Shown here one piece after another: positions 37,301 to 51,123 of a stretch of 64,000 nt of DNA (position 1 is its first letter; each line of letters opens with the position of its first letter). Origin of the DNA: Bilabrum cf. latius (taxonomy: Eukaryota); NCBI GenBank assembly GCA_965178125.1, contig OZ237775.1, forward strand, positions 372,001-436,000, written 5' to 3'. The notes beneath the pieces were generated by a model, which saw only the letters and a program-made list of their open reading frames with translations, did no database searches and was not told the DNA's origin. A program made the position numbers and the translations under genes.

Positions 37301-38745
37301 CGTGGATCTAGTCGATGCGGGCGAGGCACGAGACGCCGGCACGATCGGGTACGGCCTTCGGGGCGGGGAGGAGGAGGAGGAAAGGGGGGTACAGCGTCGG
37401 CGCTTGCAACCGGGTAGGTTCCGCACCGGGAAGGGCGCCGCGCAATCGTCGAAAGCGGCCTTGCTGCCGTGGGAGGCTGACACGGCAGGTGGCCGCGCGA
37501 GCAGGGCGGGGCTCGTCTCCGGGCTGGGCTGCCTCCGCGGTTCCGACGGAACTTCGGCGCCGCGCGCTGTGGAGCTGTTGCTTCGCTGCGGTGCCGCGCT
37601 CTCCATCCCGCTCTCGGAAGCGGAGCGGGCAGTCTCGCTGACCCAGTGCGAAGCGTCGTACGCCTGCGTTCTGATCCGATCCATGGCGTCGGCCGTCGCT
37701 GCGAGCCCGTGGGCGGGACAGGCCAGGAGGCGCGGTGACGGGGGCGGCGGTGCGGCAGCTTCGCCAACGTTCGATGGACTCGGAATCGAGTCCGCGTCGG
37801 CGGAGGCTGTCGCGGACGAGGCCGCCAAGCGACTGACTTCCCCTTCCCCTCTCCCTTCCTCCTCCGCTTCCTCCTCGACAGCAGGATCAGGATCAGCTTC
37901 AGGATCAGTGTCGTCTCTATCCGTGGGTCTGCTCGCGGGCGCTGGCGCCGATGCGACCGCGAAACAGATTCCTGACCCGCTGGGGCTCGCGCTCGCCCCA
38001 GGCTCCAAGTACGGCCCATCTGGCGCCGCGCTAGCGGAACCGGGGGCCAGGCACCCGGCCGCAGCTCGCGGTGCCGTGGTGGTTCGCGCCTCGCTGCCCT
38101 CGGCCGTCGACAGCAACGGCAGCCCGGCCGGTCCAGGCCCTGGCTTCGGCATCGATTCTGTGATGTCTGCTGCTGCTGCTGCCGCCTCGGGTGGGGCGGG
38201 TGGGGCGTTGCGACCAACAGGGGGGGCAGGTCCTCCTTCAAACGGTCGCACTGGCCCGGCCCGTCCCAAGTCAGTCAGGGTCGTAGCGGGTCCCATCGCA
38301 GGGTACGGCGCTGGCGCCGCGCATCGTGCCTACGGTATGTTCCGCACGTGGCTGTTTGCAGCAGTGCAGCGGCTTGACCTGGCGGCGCCGCGCACTGGTT
38401 CCGCAGCGCGGCTACTCCCGCGCGTGGTGTCACGGGAGGGGGCCGAGGCCGTCGGGGTCGAGTGCTGCCGCGCCCTTGCGGAACTAAGCCGGTGCGGAAT
38501 GCGCGGCGCCGCATCGCAGATGCGACAAGTGGCGGCTCAGCTCGGGCTTCCGCACGGGCTGCGTGTTGCGGCGTTGCGCGGCGCCGCCATTGCGGAACTC
38601 ATTGCGCGCCCGCCAAGGCAGTGGCCAGCGGGTTGGGCCCCGCGATCAGGATCGTCTTCATCTTCATCTTCGAAGCATGGTTCCAAACGCGCCGCGAAAG
38701 CATCCTCCGGGGCGGCTGCATCGGCTCTGGCTGCGGGAGCGGCGG

Positions 38746-38779
<34 letters not shown>

Positions 38780-39989
38780 CCATTCGCGAGCTGCTCGCCT
38801 GTTGCAAGGCAGGGACAAGCAAGAAGCCGGGCGGTACGCGCGCGCGTGGCACTAGTGGTGCGCCCGCGCTCGTCACATCCTGGCCCTGGCACAGTCAATG
38901 GATTCGGAATCAGATTTCCCGACCGGACTAGCGGGGGAGTCGCTGCTTCTGGCGACGCGCGGCGCCGCGGATGGCGGGACCTCGAGTGGAGCCAAGTTTG
39001 GGCAAAAGGCCTTGGCGGCCGCTGGCCAAGCACTGGGGGGTCACACGGCGTTCTTGCAGAGTGGTGGTCCTATCATAGCCCGGGACTCGGCCCAGGGTAT
39101 CCGGGCGGAGTTAGGTTCCGCAATGCGCGGCGTCTTCGCTCCGCTCGCCGACACGCAGGCGGTCGCGATCCTGCAGCAGATGCATCGCGGCGGACTCGCC
39201 GAGGCTGGTTCCGCAATGCTTGCGGGGCGCCGCGCGACGCTGCAGCTGTGGAGCATCGCTACGTGGCCCTGGAGCCCCGGTGCGCCTGACGGCCGCTCGC
39301 TGCCGGCCGGGTCGCTGGGCGGCGGTGGTCGCGGGGCGGCAGTGGCCCTGTGGCACGGAACGTTCGGCAGGGCCCCACCGCCGTTCGTCGAAGGACACGC
39401 CGCAGGCACCGCAGTGCAGTGCATGCAAGATGACATGAGCATGCTGCGGAACCGACAGTGGCGCCGCGCATTGCGGAACGTGCAGTCTGCGTGGCCGGGT
39501 CCGTCGGCTTCCGCCTCGGGAATCCGGAAGAAGGGCAGCTCAGCGGATGCCGACTCGGACTCCGATCTAGATGAGGCATCTGCAGGGTCAGATTCCGCAG
39601 ACGCGCGAGGTACCCACGCGGCGCCGGCGTGGGCCACCGCGTCCGCGGAGCTCCTGCGTCACGAGCGCGCGAGGTGGAGCAGGGCATGGTAGCAGACGGC
39701 CCGGAGAATGGACGTGGCTGCGGCCGCGGCCCGTGCAGGCAGCCAGGCGGGCGGACGAGCGGCTCTGGAGGAGTTGCGTGCACATACGAAGCGCGAGCAG
39801 GATATCGCGCGGGCCAAGGCGCAGGCCAAAGAGGCCAAGGAGACCGAGAGGGGGCGAAGCGGGGGGGGCCGTGGGCGTGGACGCGGGCGCGGGCGGGGCA
39901 GGGGCAGGGGGAGGGGAAGGGGCAGGCGCTCGTCATCCCTGGGTGCAGGGGGCGGTGGTGCACCGCCTCCGAAGCGGGCGAGAACGTAA
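31369..39989 (+). CDS. TAF2: TFIID subunit 2-like protein (M1 aminopeptidase fold), ~2800 aa with long low-complexity insertions; read with TAG=Gln
   Basis: Splicing intron 31658-31755 gives LLQEIELFIDLENRRIRGRTVLYV. Also RRWMPCVDLPNARYMF, LAYHLCWQW, LVQEKDG, QDDAAAQLRAIEQL, FHPFVREAA. Seven same-frame fragments joined by TAG; RG-repeat tail; ends TAA. Confidence 0.7.
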
Positions 39990-40725
39990 CGTTCATGACC
40001 CGTGAGATCCGGATGATACCTGCTGGGTGGTTCTGTGGGCTGCTGCCTGATGGGTCAGTGGAGTGCCAGACATGGGTGGGACGATCGTTCGTGATTCATA
40101 CAATCATATCGAGGTGTAACCGTTAGAGCATGTGTGCTCCCGAAAGATGAACCCTACGGGATGTATGTGGTTCGGTGGGGACTGCGGATCCGACCAAATC
40201 TGATATTCCGTTAGAAACACCTTACAAACCGGCTAACGGCCCTCTCGGACATTTTCCCTGCTTAGTGAGGTACGAACGCCGAGTTGTGCACAGATACGTA
40301 TGATTTGAAATGATAAGTATTCATGGACCTATCCAGGGATCTGTGAATACCCACGTTTGTTTGATCGCGACGGCAGACGCTAAGCTCCATCCTGCAGTAG
40401 TATAGTAGTGTTCTGCTCGGATCATTGTCGCCCACCCAGTCGTATTCGAATGCACAACTTGCCACATATTTTGCAGATATGCACGGGTAGAGATCCAGAG
40501 GGCGTTCGAGCCGAGGTCCAGCCCGTGGGGGTGCTGGCCGAAATGCCAAACCGCCGGCCGGACGAGCTTCTGGTGGAGCCGCACGCCGAAGGCGGGCACC
40601 GAGGGTGGAAAGAAAGGAGGAGATCGATGATAGCCTTGTGAGAACTCGATCGGTTGGTCGCTGAAGTTCTGATTGCTTTTGGGAACGTCGACGGATCGAA
40701 CCAGTCCATCTCCCATGCCTCGCAG

Positions 40726-42876
40726 GACCAGCGCGTAGTAATCCCCGAAGACCAGATCAAGCTAACAGAGAAGGAAATGCAGGAGTAGATTCCTCGCGTT
40801 TTGACCGCCAACGACCCAAACGTTGCAACGAACCTCGTGTATTACTCGTTCGCCGAAAACGCCCACAAGGGTGTCCCCGGCTCTGCAGAGAGCGAGCACG
40901 TGCGCTTTCACTTCGCGCTAGACGGCACTTTGGTCGCCAAAGAAAGCGAAGAGGGCGAGAAGCAGCTCGCGGCCGTGCGTGAAACGCGCAAAAAGATGGC
41001 GGACCGCGAGAAGGAGCTGGAGCGAGAGGCGAGGCAGCAGGGCAAGGATGTGGAGGAACTCCGGGAAGAGGTGGGGGACGCGGGCGGTCGCAACCAGTTC
41101 AACTACTCGGAGAGGGCGGCCCAGACCTACAACCCTCCTATGAAATCGAGGGGAGTGGCCACAAGGCCGCCCGACAGCGCCGTCTTTGCCGGCAGCGTGT
41201 CGCGGTGGGATATCTACGACGCGTACATGGGCGAGTTCGAGCGGCTCGTCGCCAAGGAGGAGGAAGAGGCCAGCAAGGGCAAGCGCGGAGCCGCCGCCGC
41301 CAAATCGCACGCGCACAAGCCCAAGGCCAGGACGGGCGAGGCCGTAGTGCACGGGGATGCGTGCGGATGGAGTCTCAGGGTTATGGAGCGGATGGTGTGC
41401 CAGAACCAGTGGGACGACTACTATAGCGACCTCAAGTACTGGGACGACGAGTCCGATCCACTCAAGCCAGGTGGCATGGGCACCCTGCTTCCCCTTTGGA
41501 AGTTTACGGAAGAGAGGGCACTCCGATCGAAAATGGTCACTGCCATCAAGTGGAACCCGAGGTACCCTGACATGTTCGCGGTGGCGTACGGGTCTTACGA
41601 TTTCATGAAGCAGGGCTCCGGGCTGGTGTGCGTGTACACGCTCAAGAACGTGAGGTATCCGGAGTATCTATTCACCCTGGAGTCGGGGGCCGTGTCCATC
41701 GACTGGCACCCGACCAGGCCAGCGCTCCTCGCCGTGGGGTGCTACGACGGAACCACCAAGGTATTCGACGTGAGAAAGAAAGAGAACAAGCCTCTGTACG
41801 CTGCAGACGTGCGGTCGGGCAAGCACACGGACCCGGTGTGGGGCGTGCGATGGATGCCGGATGCGGGCGGCGCGGAGCTCGGCTTCATGTCAGTTAGCTC
41901 TGACGGCAAGGTAGCTGGGTGGGTGCTCTCCAAGAACGACCTGCAGATGGAGCCCGTGATGTCACTGAAGCTGGTACAGACCGCGGCTGCGTCTTCGGGC
42001 GGTGGTGCCAGCGGGTCCGGTGCCGGTGGAGGGCCCATGGTGGTAGCAGAGGACGAGAGCTCGTTGAGCGGGCTGGCGGGCGGGTGCTGCTTCGATTTCA
42101 ACCCCTTCAACGAGAACATCTTCCTCGTGGGCACAGAGGAGGGCAGGATCCACAAGTGCTCAAGGGCGTACAGCGGCCAGTACCTGGAGACGTACGAAGG
42201 GCACCACATGGTGGTCTACAACGTCCAGTGGTCTCCGTTCCACGAGAGGGTTTTCCTCAGCTGCAGCGCTGACTGGACGGTCAAGATCTGGGACCATTTG
42301 TGCCCTCGCGCGGTCATGTCGTTCGACCTGCAGAATGCTGTGGGTGACGCATGCTGGTCCCCTTTCAGCTCAACCGTGCTGGGCGCGGTGACTGCCAACG
42401 GCAAGGGGGTTGTGTTCGACCTCGCTGTCAACAAGCACGAGCAGCTTTGCGACCAGAAGCTGGTCAAGAAAGCGCAGCTGACCCACGTGTCTTTTGCCAC
42501 ACCCGCCACGGCGGGGCAGGGAACAATCGGAGAGATCGCCGCGGAGGAGATCACGGACCCCGCTGCCGCCAACGAGGCCGCCAACGACCAGACGTGGATG
42601 CTCCTCACCGGCGACTCCAAGGGCTGGGTGAGGTCGTATAAGCTGTCCCCCAACCTGCGTAAAGTCACGCCCATCCCAGTCCCGGAGGTAAAGAAGGGCC
42701 AGGTGCCCCCGCCCCCGCCAACGAGGCTGGAGGTGGAGGTGGCCAAGCTCAACAAGATCATGGCGGCGGCAGACGTCAAGGCAAGCGTGCCCATCACGGC
42801 GTGGGACGGGTCTCTGGGTAGGAAGGCCAAGGCGGCTGAGGGAGAGGGTGGCGCAGCATCGGGGGCTGGAGACTGA
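40726..42876 (+). CDS. DNAI1: Axonemal outer-arm dynein intermediate chain (WD40; DNAI1/IC78-like); 5' exon(s) unresolved
   Basis: PEDQIKLTEKEMQE*IPRVLTANDPN, RNQFNYSERAAQTYN, LLPLWKF, DMFAVAYGSYDFMKQ, KHTDPVW, FLVGTEEGRIHKCS, FLSCSADWTVKIWD. One TAG at 40786. Ends TGA. Confidence 0.9.
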
Positions 42877-43235
42877 TCTTGGCATATATTTGCGATTGAA
42901 TGATCGACTGATAAGTGATTTCTGATCAGTAATTGTGCTTACTCACGTGTGGTGCATAGGGTAGGCAAGCCGGAACACACGCTGTGGTGTGGTGCTGGCC
43001 GGTGAGGACGCCGCACACAGACAACCAGCTTCGCATAATTCTAGCTGGGTTCTATTTTGCAGACATTATTCATTTGTCTGCGGGTGCAAGCTGGTGCTGG
43101 TCCATATTGTTTGGATACAGTTCAACAACTTGGCAAGTCACAGTCGACTTTGGTTGGCAGGTTCCTTCTTGGTACAGCTGTGCGGTTGCACCAATTAGGT
43201 GACCCAACGCTGACTATATACAGACACATTATAAT

Positions 43236-46200
43236 ATGAAACTGGACATTGCTGCAGTTGGGATCGCTCTGATTGCCGTCAATGGGCTGACGGTTGCTGA
43301 AGAGTTGTGTGCCGCAGCCTCTATTTCTCTCCAAAAAGGTATATCAGCCGGAGACAACCTAGTGTGCGCATTGAATGCTGATCGTGGAAGTCGTATATAC
43401 TGCTTTGGGTCGTCCGGCGAGGTTTCAGTGGAGCCTTGGCATACGGAGCCAGCGCTTGCAGTAACAGTATAGAAGGGTGCTTCCCCTGATCAGCGAGGCA
43501 AGGTATTCGCAATCGAAAGCGCATCCAAGCAAGTGATTAATCTAAATGAACCATTTCCTGGGCAAGTCGCCCCGGCGGGATAGTACCAGTATCTGTCGGT
43601 GGGCGAGGCCCACGGCTGCTTGATTGGCATGCACGACGGCAAGGCAAAGTGCTTCGGCTCTTCGGCGAATTCGAGGCTAGACGTACCCACCAACATATCA
43701 GGAGGCATGTGGCGGTCTGTATCTGCGGGGATGGATGACAGCTGCGGGATCGACTCTGCTGGGCAACTGCACTGTTGGGGGACGGCCAGTTCGGAACTCG
43801 TGGCTGCCGCGCCCGACGTGCCGGGGGAATGGCGCCACGTGGATCTGGCGGATACTCACGCGTGCGGATTATGGAGCCATCCCGAAGATGCCCCGCCGGG
43901 GGGAGGGGGGGAGGTCGGCCTGCGAATGGCATGCTGGCACGGCTCAGTGTCGGTTGGCGGGCACGCGAACGTGCCGGAAAGCTCACACAACTGGACAGAC
44001 GTGTCCACGAGGTACTCTAGGACCTGTGCCATCGAGGCGGTCACCGGCATTCTGCGATGTTTCGGAAGCCCTCCCCTTCAGGGAATGTCCTCTATGGAAG
44101 GCGTCCGATGGACGGTGGGCAGCAGCATGAATTTTGGGTGGTGCGGGGTTGAAGCCAACTCCAGCATGGTGCGATGCGTTGGCACGTACGGAGACGGATC
44201 GACGCCTTTGATCGCCCCTGCGGGCCTGAGAGCCATCGCGCAACCCTTGCTATGCCGACCAGCTGTGGTGAGTCAGCTGGCGTCAGCAGGCGCGAATCCG
44301 AACGTGACTCACCTCGACCTTACCAACTCCACTGGGCTGGTTGCGTGGCCAGCAGCACAGGGCGGAATCCTGAAGGGATGGACGGGACTGCGCTGGATCT
44401 CACTGCCTGGATCTCTGGAGTCCTTACCGGCTGGACTGCTGCGAGGCATTCCTTCGATCGGAGCCGTGGATCTGTCGGCTTGTTCCCTGGTTGGATCTCT
44501 GCCGCCCCACTCGTTAGGCACGGACAACGGCACGCTAACGGTGGCAAAGCTGCCAGAGGGGTTGCACACAATCGAGGCAGGCGCGTTTCTGTCAGAAGAC
44601 GGCCCGCCCAATTCGAGACTAGATGCGCTCACGATCCCGTCCTCTTTGACCACCCTGGAGCCGGGGGCGCTGGTCGGCGCTGGCCACATGACCTCGCTTG
44701 ATCTTTCAGGGGCCAGCATCCAGGTGCTCCAGAAGGGCGCACTCGCTGGGCAAGACAACATCAGCGAGATCCTGCTGCCTCCCACACTGACCACCATGGA
44801 GCCGGGGGTGTTTCTGAACCTGTCCAATGTCGAGACGCTGGATCTGTCTGCCACAAACGTCACAACACTGCAGTCCGGCGCGCTGGCTGGGCTGTCGAGC
44901 TTGCGCCAGGTACTGCTTCCTGCTGTGCTCGAGGACCTGGAGGGCCATGCCCTTCCCGCTGAATCATCGCTTTCATTTGACACCAGCAGTCTCGATCTGA
45001 GGCCCACCAGGCTGCGGGTCCTCAGGGCCAATGCTCTGGTAGGGGTCACCCAACGGTACAATGCGTTCTTGCCGCCGACACTGCAAGACATTGAAGCCGA
45101 TGCGTTCAACGGCACCATCATAGGAAGTTCGCCGATCCAGATTCTTCGTATTTTCGACCAGAATGTATCGGTGCTTCGGACGGGGGCCTTGCGTGGGCTG
45201 CCTGCCCTCACCGGATTCGGAGCCGGTTCAAGGGCGCCGCCTAGCCTCGCCAGGATTTAGTCGGGGGCCTTCCACAACCCCACCCCAGGCGTCCTTGAGC
45301 TTGAAATGCAGGACTGCCCCATGGAGAGGCTCGAAACGGGGGCGTTTGCTGGACTGACGGGGCTGTTAGGCGGCCGGCTTGAGCTCCCCAGGGCTCTTCG
45401 GGCGATCGAGCCCGGTGCGTTCGTCCACTCACCTCAGCTGACCCAGCTCGACTTCCGCGGCACACAGGTAGGCGTGTTTCCGACTGGGATGATGCGGGGC
45501 TTGGGGGGTGTGACTCGGCTGTTGGCGTCGCCGCACCTTCAGAGGATCGAGCCGTGGGCTCTTCTGAACGGCACCTCGCTGGAAGAGATCGACCTTCGTG
45601 GAAGCGGCCTCGCAGTGCTGGAGACTGGCAGCCTTGTGGGGCCAGTCGACCTGACCGAGCTGCATTTTCCCGCCAATCTTACCGCCGTTCGTGCCGGTGC
45701 CCTGCCAGTCGCACCCAACCTCGAAACGCTCGATCTCGGTGTGACGAGTGTACAGGTGCTCGAGTCAGGGTCGCTGTCCTAGTTGACAGGCGTGTGCGGG
45801 TCTGGCACCAGCTCGAGCTGCTTCACGCTGCCACCCACCCTTCGTGAGATTCAGAGAACGTCCATGCCAATCGTGACTTCGTCTGTACCAGCAAGTCTTG
45901 ATGTATCCCACACTCGGCTTGAAGACTTGCCTGAGGGCGCATTCGACGGATTGGCTAGAATATCGAGCTTGATGCTCCCATCAACTGTGCGTCGCATTCG
46001 AGGAGGTGCATTCAGAGGCCTGAATAGCTTGACATACCTTGACATTGGGAGCACCGGGGCCACCAGGCTAGAATCGAGGTCACTCCATGGCCTCTCAAAA
46101 ATGACCAGGATTGATCTACCTGATACGCTGGTTGTCATCGAGGAGAACGCGTTTGACCCGTTGACATCGCTGGAATCGCTTGATCTCAGCAGCACTGCCA

Positions 46201-49200
46201 TCGAGGTGTTGGGTGCTGGCGCGTTTAGTGGTCTTAATGGGGAATTTTTGACGTCTGTGCTGCTGCCATTTGGGTTAACGGAGGTGCAAGGGGGTGCTTT
46301 CAGGAATTCTACTGGCCTTTCCGACCTCGAGTTTTAGGACACGCAGTTGCACACCCTCAGAACCGGGGCATTCGATGGGCTCACATCGTGGACGGATGAC
46401 AACCTCGAGCTGCCACCCACGGTGACAGTGATCGAGGGTGACTCGTTAGGGACAGCAGACATTGGTGCCATCACCTTTGAGAACACCCAGGTGACAGAGC
46501 TACTCCCGCGTGTCTTTGCCGGGCCCAAGCTGCCAGAAAATATCAATCTACCCTCTGCATTGCACCGTATTCACCCTGGTGCCATGGATGGAATCAGGGG
46601 TAGACTAAACCTTGAGCTGTCAGATACGCAGGTGACAGTGCTTGAGACGGGGTCACTGTCCGGTCTTCACTCAGCAGGACAGTTGGACTTTCCGAGGGCT
46701 CTATCGGGTATAGAGCCACATAGCCTGCCGGAATCAGATGAAATCACGGTAATTGACCTGTCGGACACGCAAGTGCGGCGGCTAGTGAACGGGTCGCTTT
46801 CTGGTGCCCGCAGAGTGCACGACAACCGGCTGTCCCTGCCGCAGGTGCTCGAGACGATTGAGCCTGGCGCCTTCAGTGAAATGTCACTCGTCAAATCCCT
46901 GGACTTGAGAAACACGCTCGTCACGTCGCTTGCCGAGGACGCTCTCCACGGCTTGACAGGCTTGAGGCAGCTCTTCCTGCCAGCTGGGTTCAGTCGGCTG
47001 CGCTCTGGTGCCCTCAGGTCATGCAGGTCTTTGGCGTCTCTGGACCTGAGCGGGACTAGTGTGACTCGACTGGTGTCTGGCGCACTGGAGGGCATGAGCA
47101 GCATGATGTCTGTATCATTGCCAAGGAACCTGACCGTGATTGAAGGAGGGGCGTTCCAAGGGGCGTCCGCATTGAACTCGGTTGATCTGCGGGGCACTGC
47201 GGTGACCGAGCTGCCGAGCCTATCGCTAGCAGGGGCGCGCAACTCGACCTCAATTGCGCTGTCGAGTATCATTGAAGTCATCCACCCGGGTGCATTCAAC
47301 GACAGTGGAAGGACCGATGCTTTGGATCTGTCAAGCACTCAGATCGTGAACTTTTAGGTTGGTGCGCTAATGGGCCTGACAGGGTTCAGCCAGCTGTTGC
47401 TGCCGCATGCCGTGACGAAGCTGCACGCCGGATTTCTGGAGGGATCGAAACCCGCTGCCTCGCTTACAATCTCTGCACCCGGTGTGACGAGCGCTGACGC
47501 CGGGGCGTTCCGCGGCGTGGCGTCTCGGCTGTAGGAGCTGACACTCGTTGCCCCGCTGCTCGGCACGGTGCCCGACCAGCTGTTTGCTGACCTTCCATCT
47601 CTTGAATCGCTTACAATCAGCGCTGGGGAGTCATTCCAGGCTACGGTGTCAAGCCTACCGTGCCGGCTCTTTGTTGGCTTGCCGGGCCTGCGATAGCTCG
47701 TTGTAAATGCGACAGGTTCGCAGAACGTGTTCGGACAGGAGCTGGATCTTGCCACCGGGGGATTTCGCGGGTGTTCGTTTGCTGATTCGATTCGAACGAT
47801 GCACCTGCACGGGCTGGACCTGCGCTCTTCGGAGTGGACCGCGAATACGTTTGCTGGACTTGCTGGGATTGAGGTGTTGTAGGTCACGGGCTGCTCAGGA
47901 CAACGATCGTTTAGCATCGCTGGCGATTTTCTGACGCCGCTGATTGATCTTCACACCTTAGACCTGGCTGGAAACGGCGTTGAAACGCTGCCGCAGCTCA
48001 CCAAGTCCCCAGCGGGCGTGCTGCGGTCCATCGACCTCCGATCCAACCCTCTGGACGTGGTTGTCGCCACCCCCTTTGAGAACCTGTTCCGACTGGAAAC
48101 CGTACACGTTGACCTGCAGAAGACGTGCGACCCAGGCACGGTCAAACAGCCTGTGACGGTGCTCAACGGCGAGGACGCTGCAGTTTGCGTGATGTGTCCG
48201 GCAGGGCACTACTGCCCCGACGGCCTAGCCCTCATCGAGTGTGCCGAGGGCTCTTTCAATCCAGCGGCCATGTCAAGCCTACCAGAGGCCTGCATCATTT
48301 GCCCGCAGGGCACAACGACGACCTTTCCGGCCGCTTAGCGAGAAACTCAGTGTGTGTCAGTGCCCCTCACGTGTGCGCCAGGCACTGCCGGGTTTGACTG
48401 CGACGCTTGCGGGCCTGGCACGTTTTCTGTGGGGGGCAACGTATAGGAATGCGGCGTCTGTCTGCCTGGCACGGTTTCTCGAAAAGCAAGGCTCTCTCTC
48501 GGGTGTGACGAGTGCCCTACGGGCAGCTACATGCCTCTCGCGAGGCAAGCCGGGCTGGACAGCTGCCTCCTGTGCGGCGAGGGGCTGGTTTCCGATTCCG
48601 GGTCGTCTTCGTGCTCCGGGTGCACTGGTGGCTCGGTGCTGGACACATCCTCGGGTACCTGCATCAATGCGCAGGACGGAGAATGCGACGGTATGACGAG
48701 TGCGTGCCTTCCGGGGCTGCCCGAACCCGTGGCCGCTCCCGTGCAGATCTCTCGCGTGATGGCGTCTTTGCCGCTGCCTCTCGGCGGGATCGGCGGAGCT
48801 ACGAGCCCGGATGATGGCCAACAGCAAGCGGCCCTCAGCTCCATCGATCTTTCCTCCGCAAGCTCTGCGTCAGGTGTGACGAGTGAAACGGGGGGTGGCT
48901 AGTCCCAGGAGTAGACGAGCGGCATGGCGCGCCGGCTGGGCACCCACGGCACTGACCGCGAGTTTGCAAAGGTGCTTCGGACTGCGGGCAGTTTACACGG
49001 TGCTCCCACGATCCCTGTGCAGCAGTCCAGGGATCGTTTCCTGCAGGCTTCGTCAAATGAAGGCGACAGCGAGGGTGAGGGCACGAGTGCCAAAGTGCGG
49101 CAGTCAGCTGACTACACGAGCAACGTGAACATCGTCGGTGCAGAGAACATCGTGTGGGCGGTCAGCAGCAGCCTGATCGCCAGCGTTGCCATGATGCTCC

Positions 49201-50771
49201 TTGTTCCCCCGGCCAGGCCCCCCATGCAGTGCTGTCTGCAGAAGATAGACGCCATGTCTTCCGATCACCAGCCGGAGTAGTTCTCTGCGGTGCGGAGGAT
49301 CAGCACGCCTCTTGGCGGGTGGTGCACTGTGGCGGCCATTCTCGTGGCGCTGGGTGCCTCTTCCAGCCTCATACTAGAGTGGGCCTATCTGAATGCGTCA
49401 AGCACGGACGGGCTCCAGGTGGCGGCCACTGGCGTGCCTGGCGCCGACAGGGCAGCTGCAGCGACTGCCGACATCCTGCTTGACGTAGTGTTTCAGCCAG
49501 CCTCGTTTATACCTTGCAGTGACTCAGCGGTGCTACACGTAGCATCAAGTAGTGACTTAGCATCGTCGGAAGATCTGCCGGGATCGAGCAGGATGGAGCA
49601 AGCGGCGGCGTCAAGCACGATGGTGCAGATGGCTGCGACTGTGGGCATCCAGGACCTGCGTGTCACAAAGGGTAATGCCACAGAGGATCAGCACCGCCTC
49701 TGTTGGCTCCGTGCTTCGTGTGATGACTGTGGGCTTCCAGCGGTGGTGGAGCTGTCTGTCAAGTCGCACTGGTCGGTGCAGGTGATGGGATGGAGGCTGG
49801 CGACCACCGATGCCGAGGATGGATGGGCCTTTGCCAATGGCACCGCGCTGTCACCGGCCGCGGATGCAAGTACGTAGAACGAGACGGAACTGAACGGGCT
49901 GATGCTTGATACCCGCAGCGAGACCATAGCATTCGTGGGTCACATACTTGATGACGACAGGGGTGGGGAGCTGCGACAGACAAACGGATATCGAGTGCAA
50001 GACATGCGGTCTGGGGCCAGCACCACCCGCCCAGTAGGCGCAATCGATCCCGTAGATTCGTCGACCACGCTGCAGCTGCAGATTGGGAGGTCGGCGGTAT
50101 TTGCCTCCACCAAGATTTCCACTGTGTACTCGTTCGGCCAGGTGGTTTCCTCTGTGGTGGGTCTCACGGTGGGCATCCTGGGTGGGTTCAAAGCGGCGTT
50201 TGCGGCGTTCGAACGCGTGTTTGGATCGCAGCTGGTGTGGTTGTGCGGCATGAATGGCCGCGTGGTCACGGAGGAGGAGGCGATGGCTCGCAAGTCAGAG
50301 CTTGATCTTCTGGAGAGGGCTGGGCAGGGCCACGGGGGCGGTTGCTGCAATGCGGCAGGTGGCAGCATGGGTGGTAATGGTGGTAATGGTGGTGCTGGTG
50401 GTGGGCGCCAGGGTGGGGCCATACAGACGGGGAAACTGAGGAAAAGCAATGCATAGGCACGTAACCCGCTCCACCCTTAGCGGGATAGATCGCGGGAATT
50501 CAGCGCCTCTGCGCGATTCGAGGGAAAGCGGTCGCAGCAAAGCCTATCTGTCGTGTCACCTCTCTTGTATGCTACTGCAGGTGGCAGGACCCAGCCAGAG
50601 CGGTCTGCATTGGATAGTGTCACTGCAGATCGAGCAACGATGGTTGAGAATGCGCGCCGCCTCCGGTTGAGCTCGCAGAGGGGAGGGGGCGGGCCCATGG
50701 TGGCCAATCCTCTGCCTGGGCAGGCCGGAGGGAAATCGGCGCAGGGCTCGACGGCGGCTGTAGCCACGTGA
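43236..50771 (+). CDS. ~2510-aa membrane protein: signal peptide, RCC1/BLIP-II-like repeats, long BspA-type LRR array, GCC2/GCC3-like Cys-rich repeats, ~3 TM segments; read with TAG=Gln
   Basis: Eleven same-frame fragments from ATG 43236 to TGA 50771 are separated by TAG. Motifs include VSAGMDDSCGIDSAGQLHCWG, LPxxLxxIExGAF..LxxLDLSxTxV and CPAGHYC..CAEGSF. Hydrophobic stretches near 49150, 49330 and 50150. Confidence 0.8.
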
Positions 50772-51123
50772 GCTATTTTATGTCTACTTCACTGTGCGTT
50801 TAGTGTACGTGTTATAATTCTATAGCCTTGGTATAGCGGCATATCCTTCATCTACAAAATCGGGAATGATTTAGACACAGCAACTGGGACAGGGGCTCCA
50901 GCACTGCTGTGGCCCTGCAACCGGCGCAAATTAGAGGCCAACGTGCGCCGCTTGATAACAAATACTAATATTTTGCCTTTTCCATGCTCTAGTTGAGACC
51001 GAATGGTTCTATTTCATCCTCATTTCATATTTCTGCGGGGATCCAGGTGGACTCCGATCCAATCTGATGTGAGGCAAATTAATTACGCCCGTGAATGCAA
51101 CATAATCTGCCAACAATTCACAA

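Noticed and set aside
33379-39637. Long antisense and alternate-frame ORFs over TAF2 and other GC-rich genes
   Set aside because: Expected shadow ORFs in high-GC coding DNA; no domain motifs.
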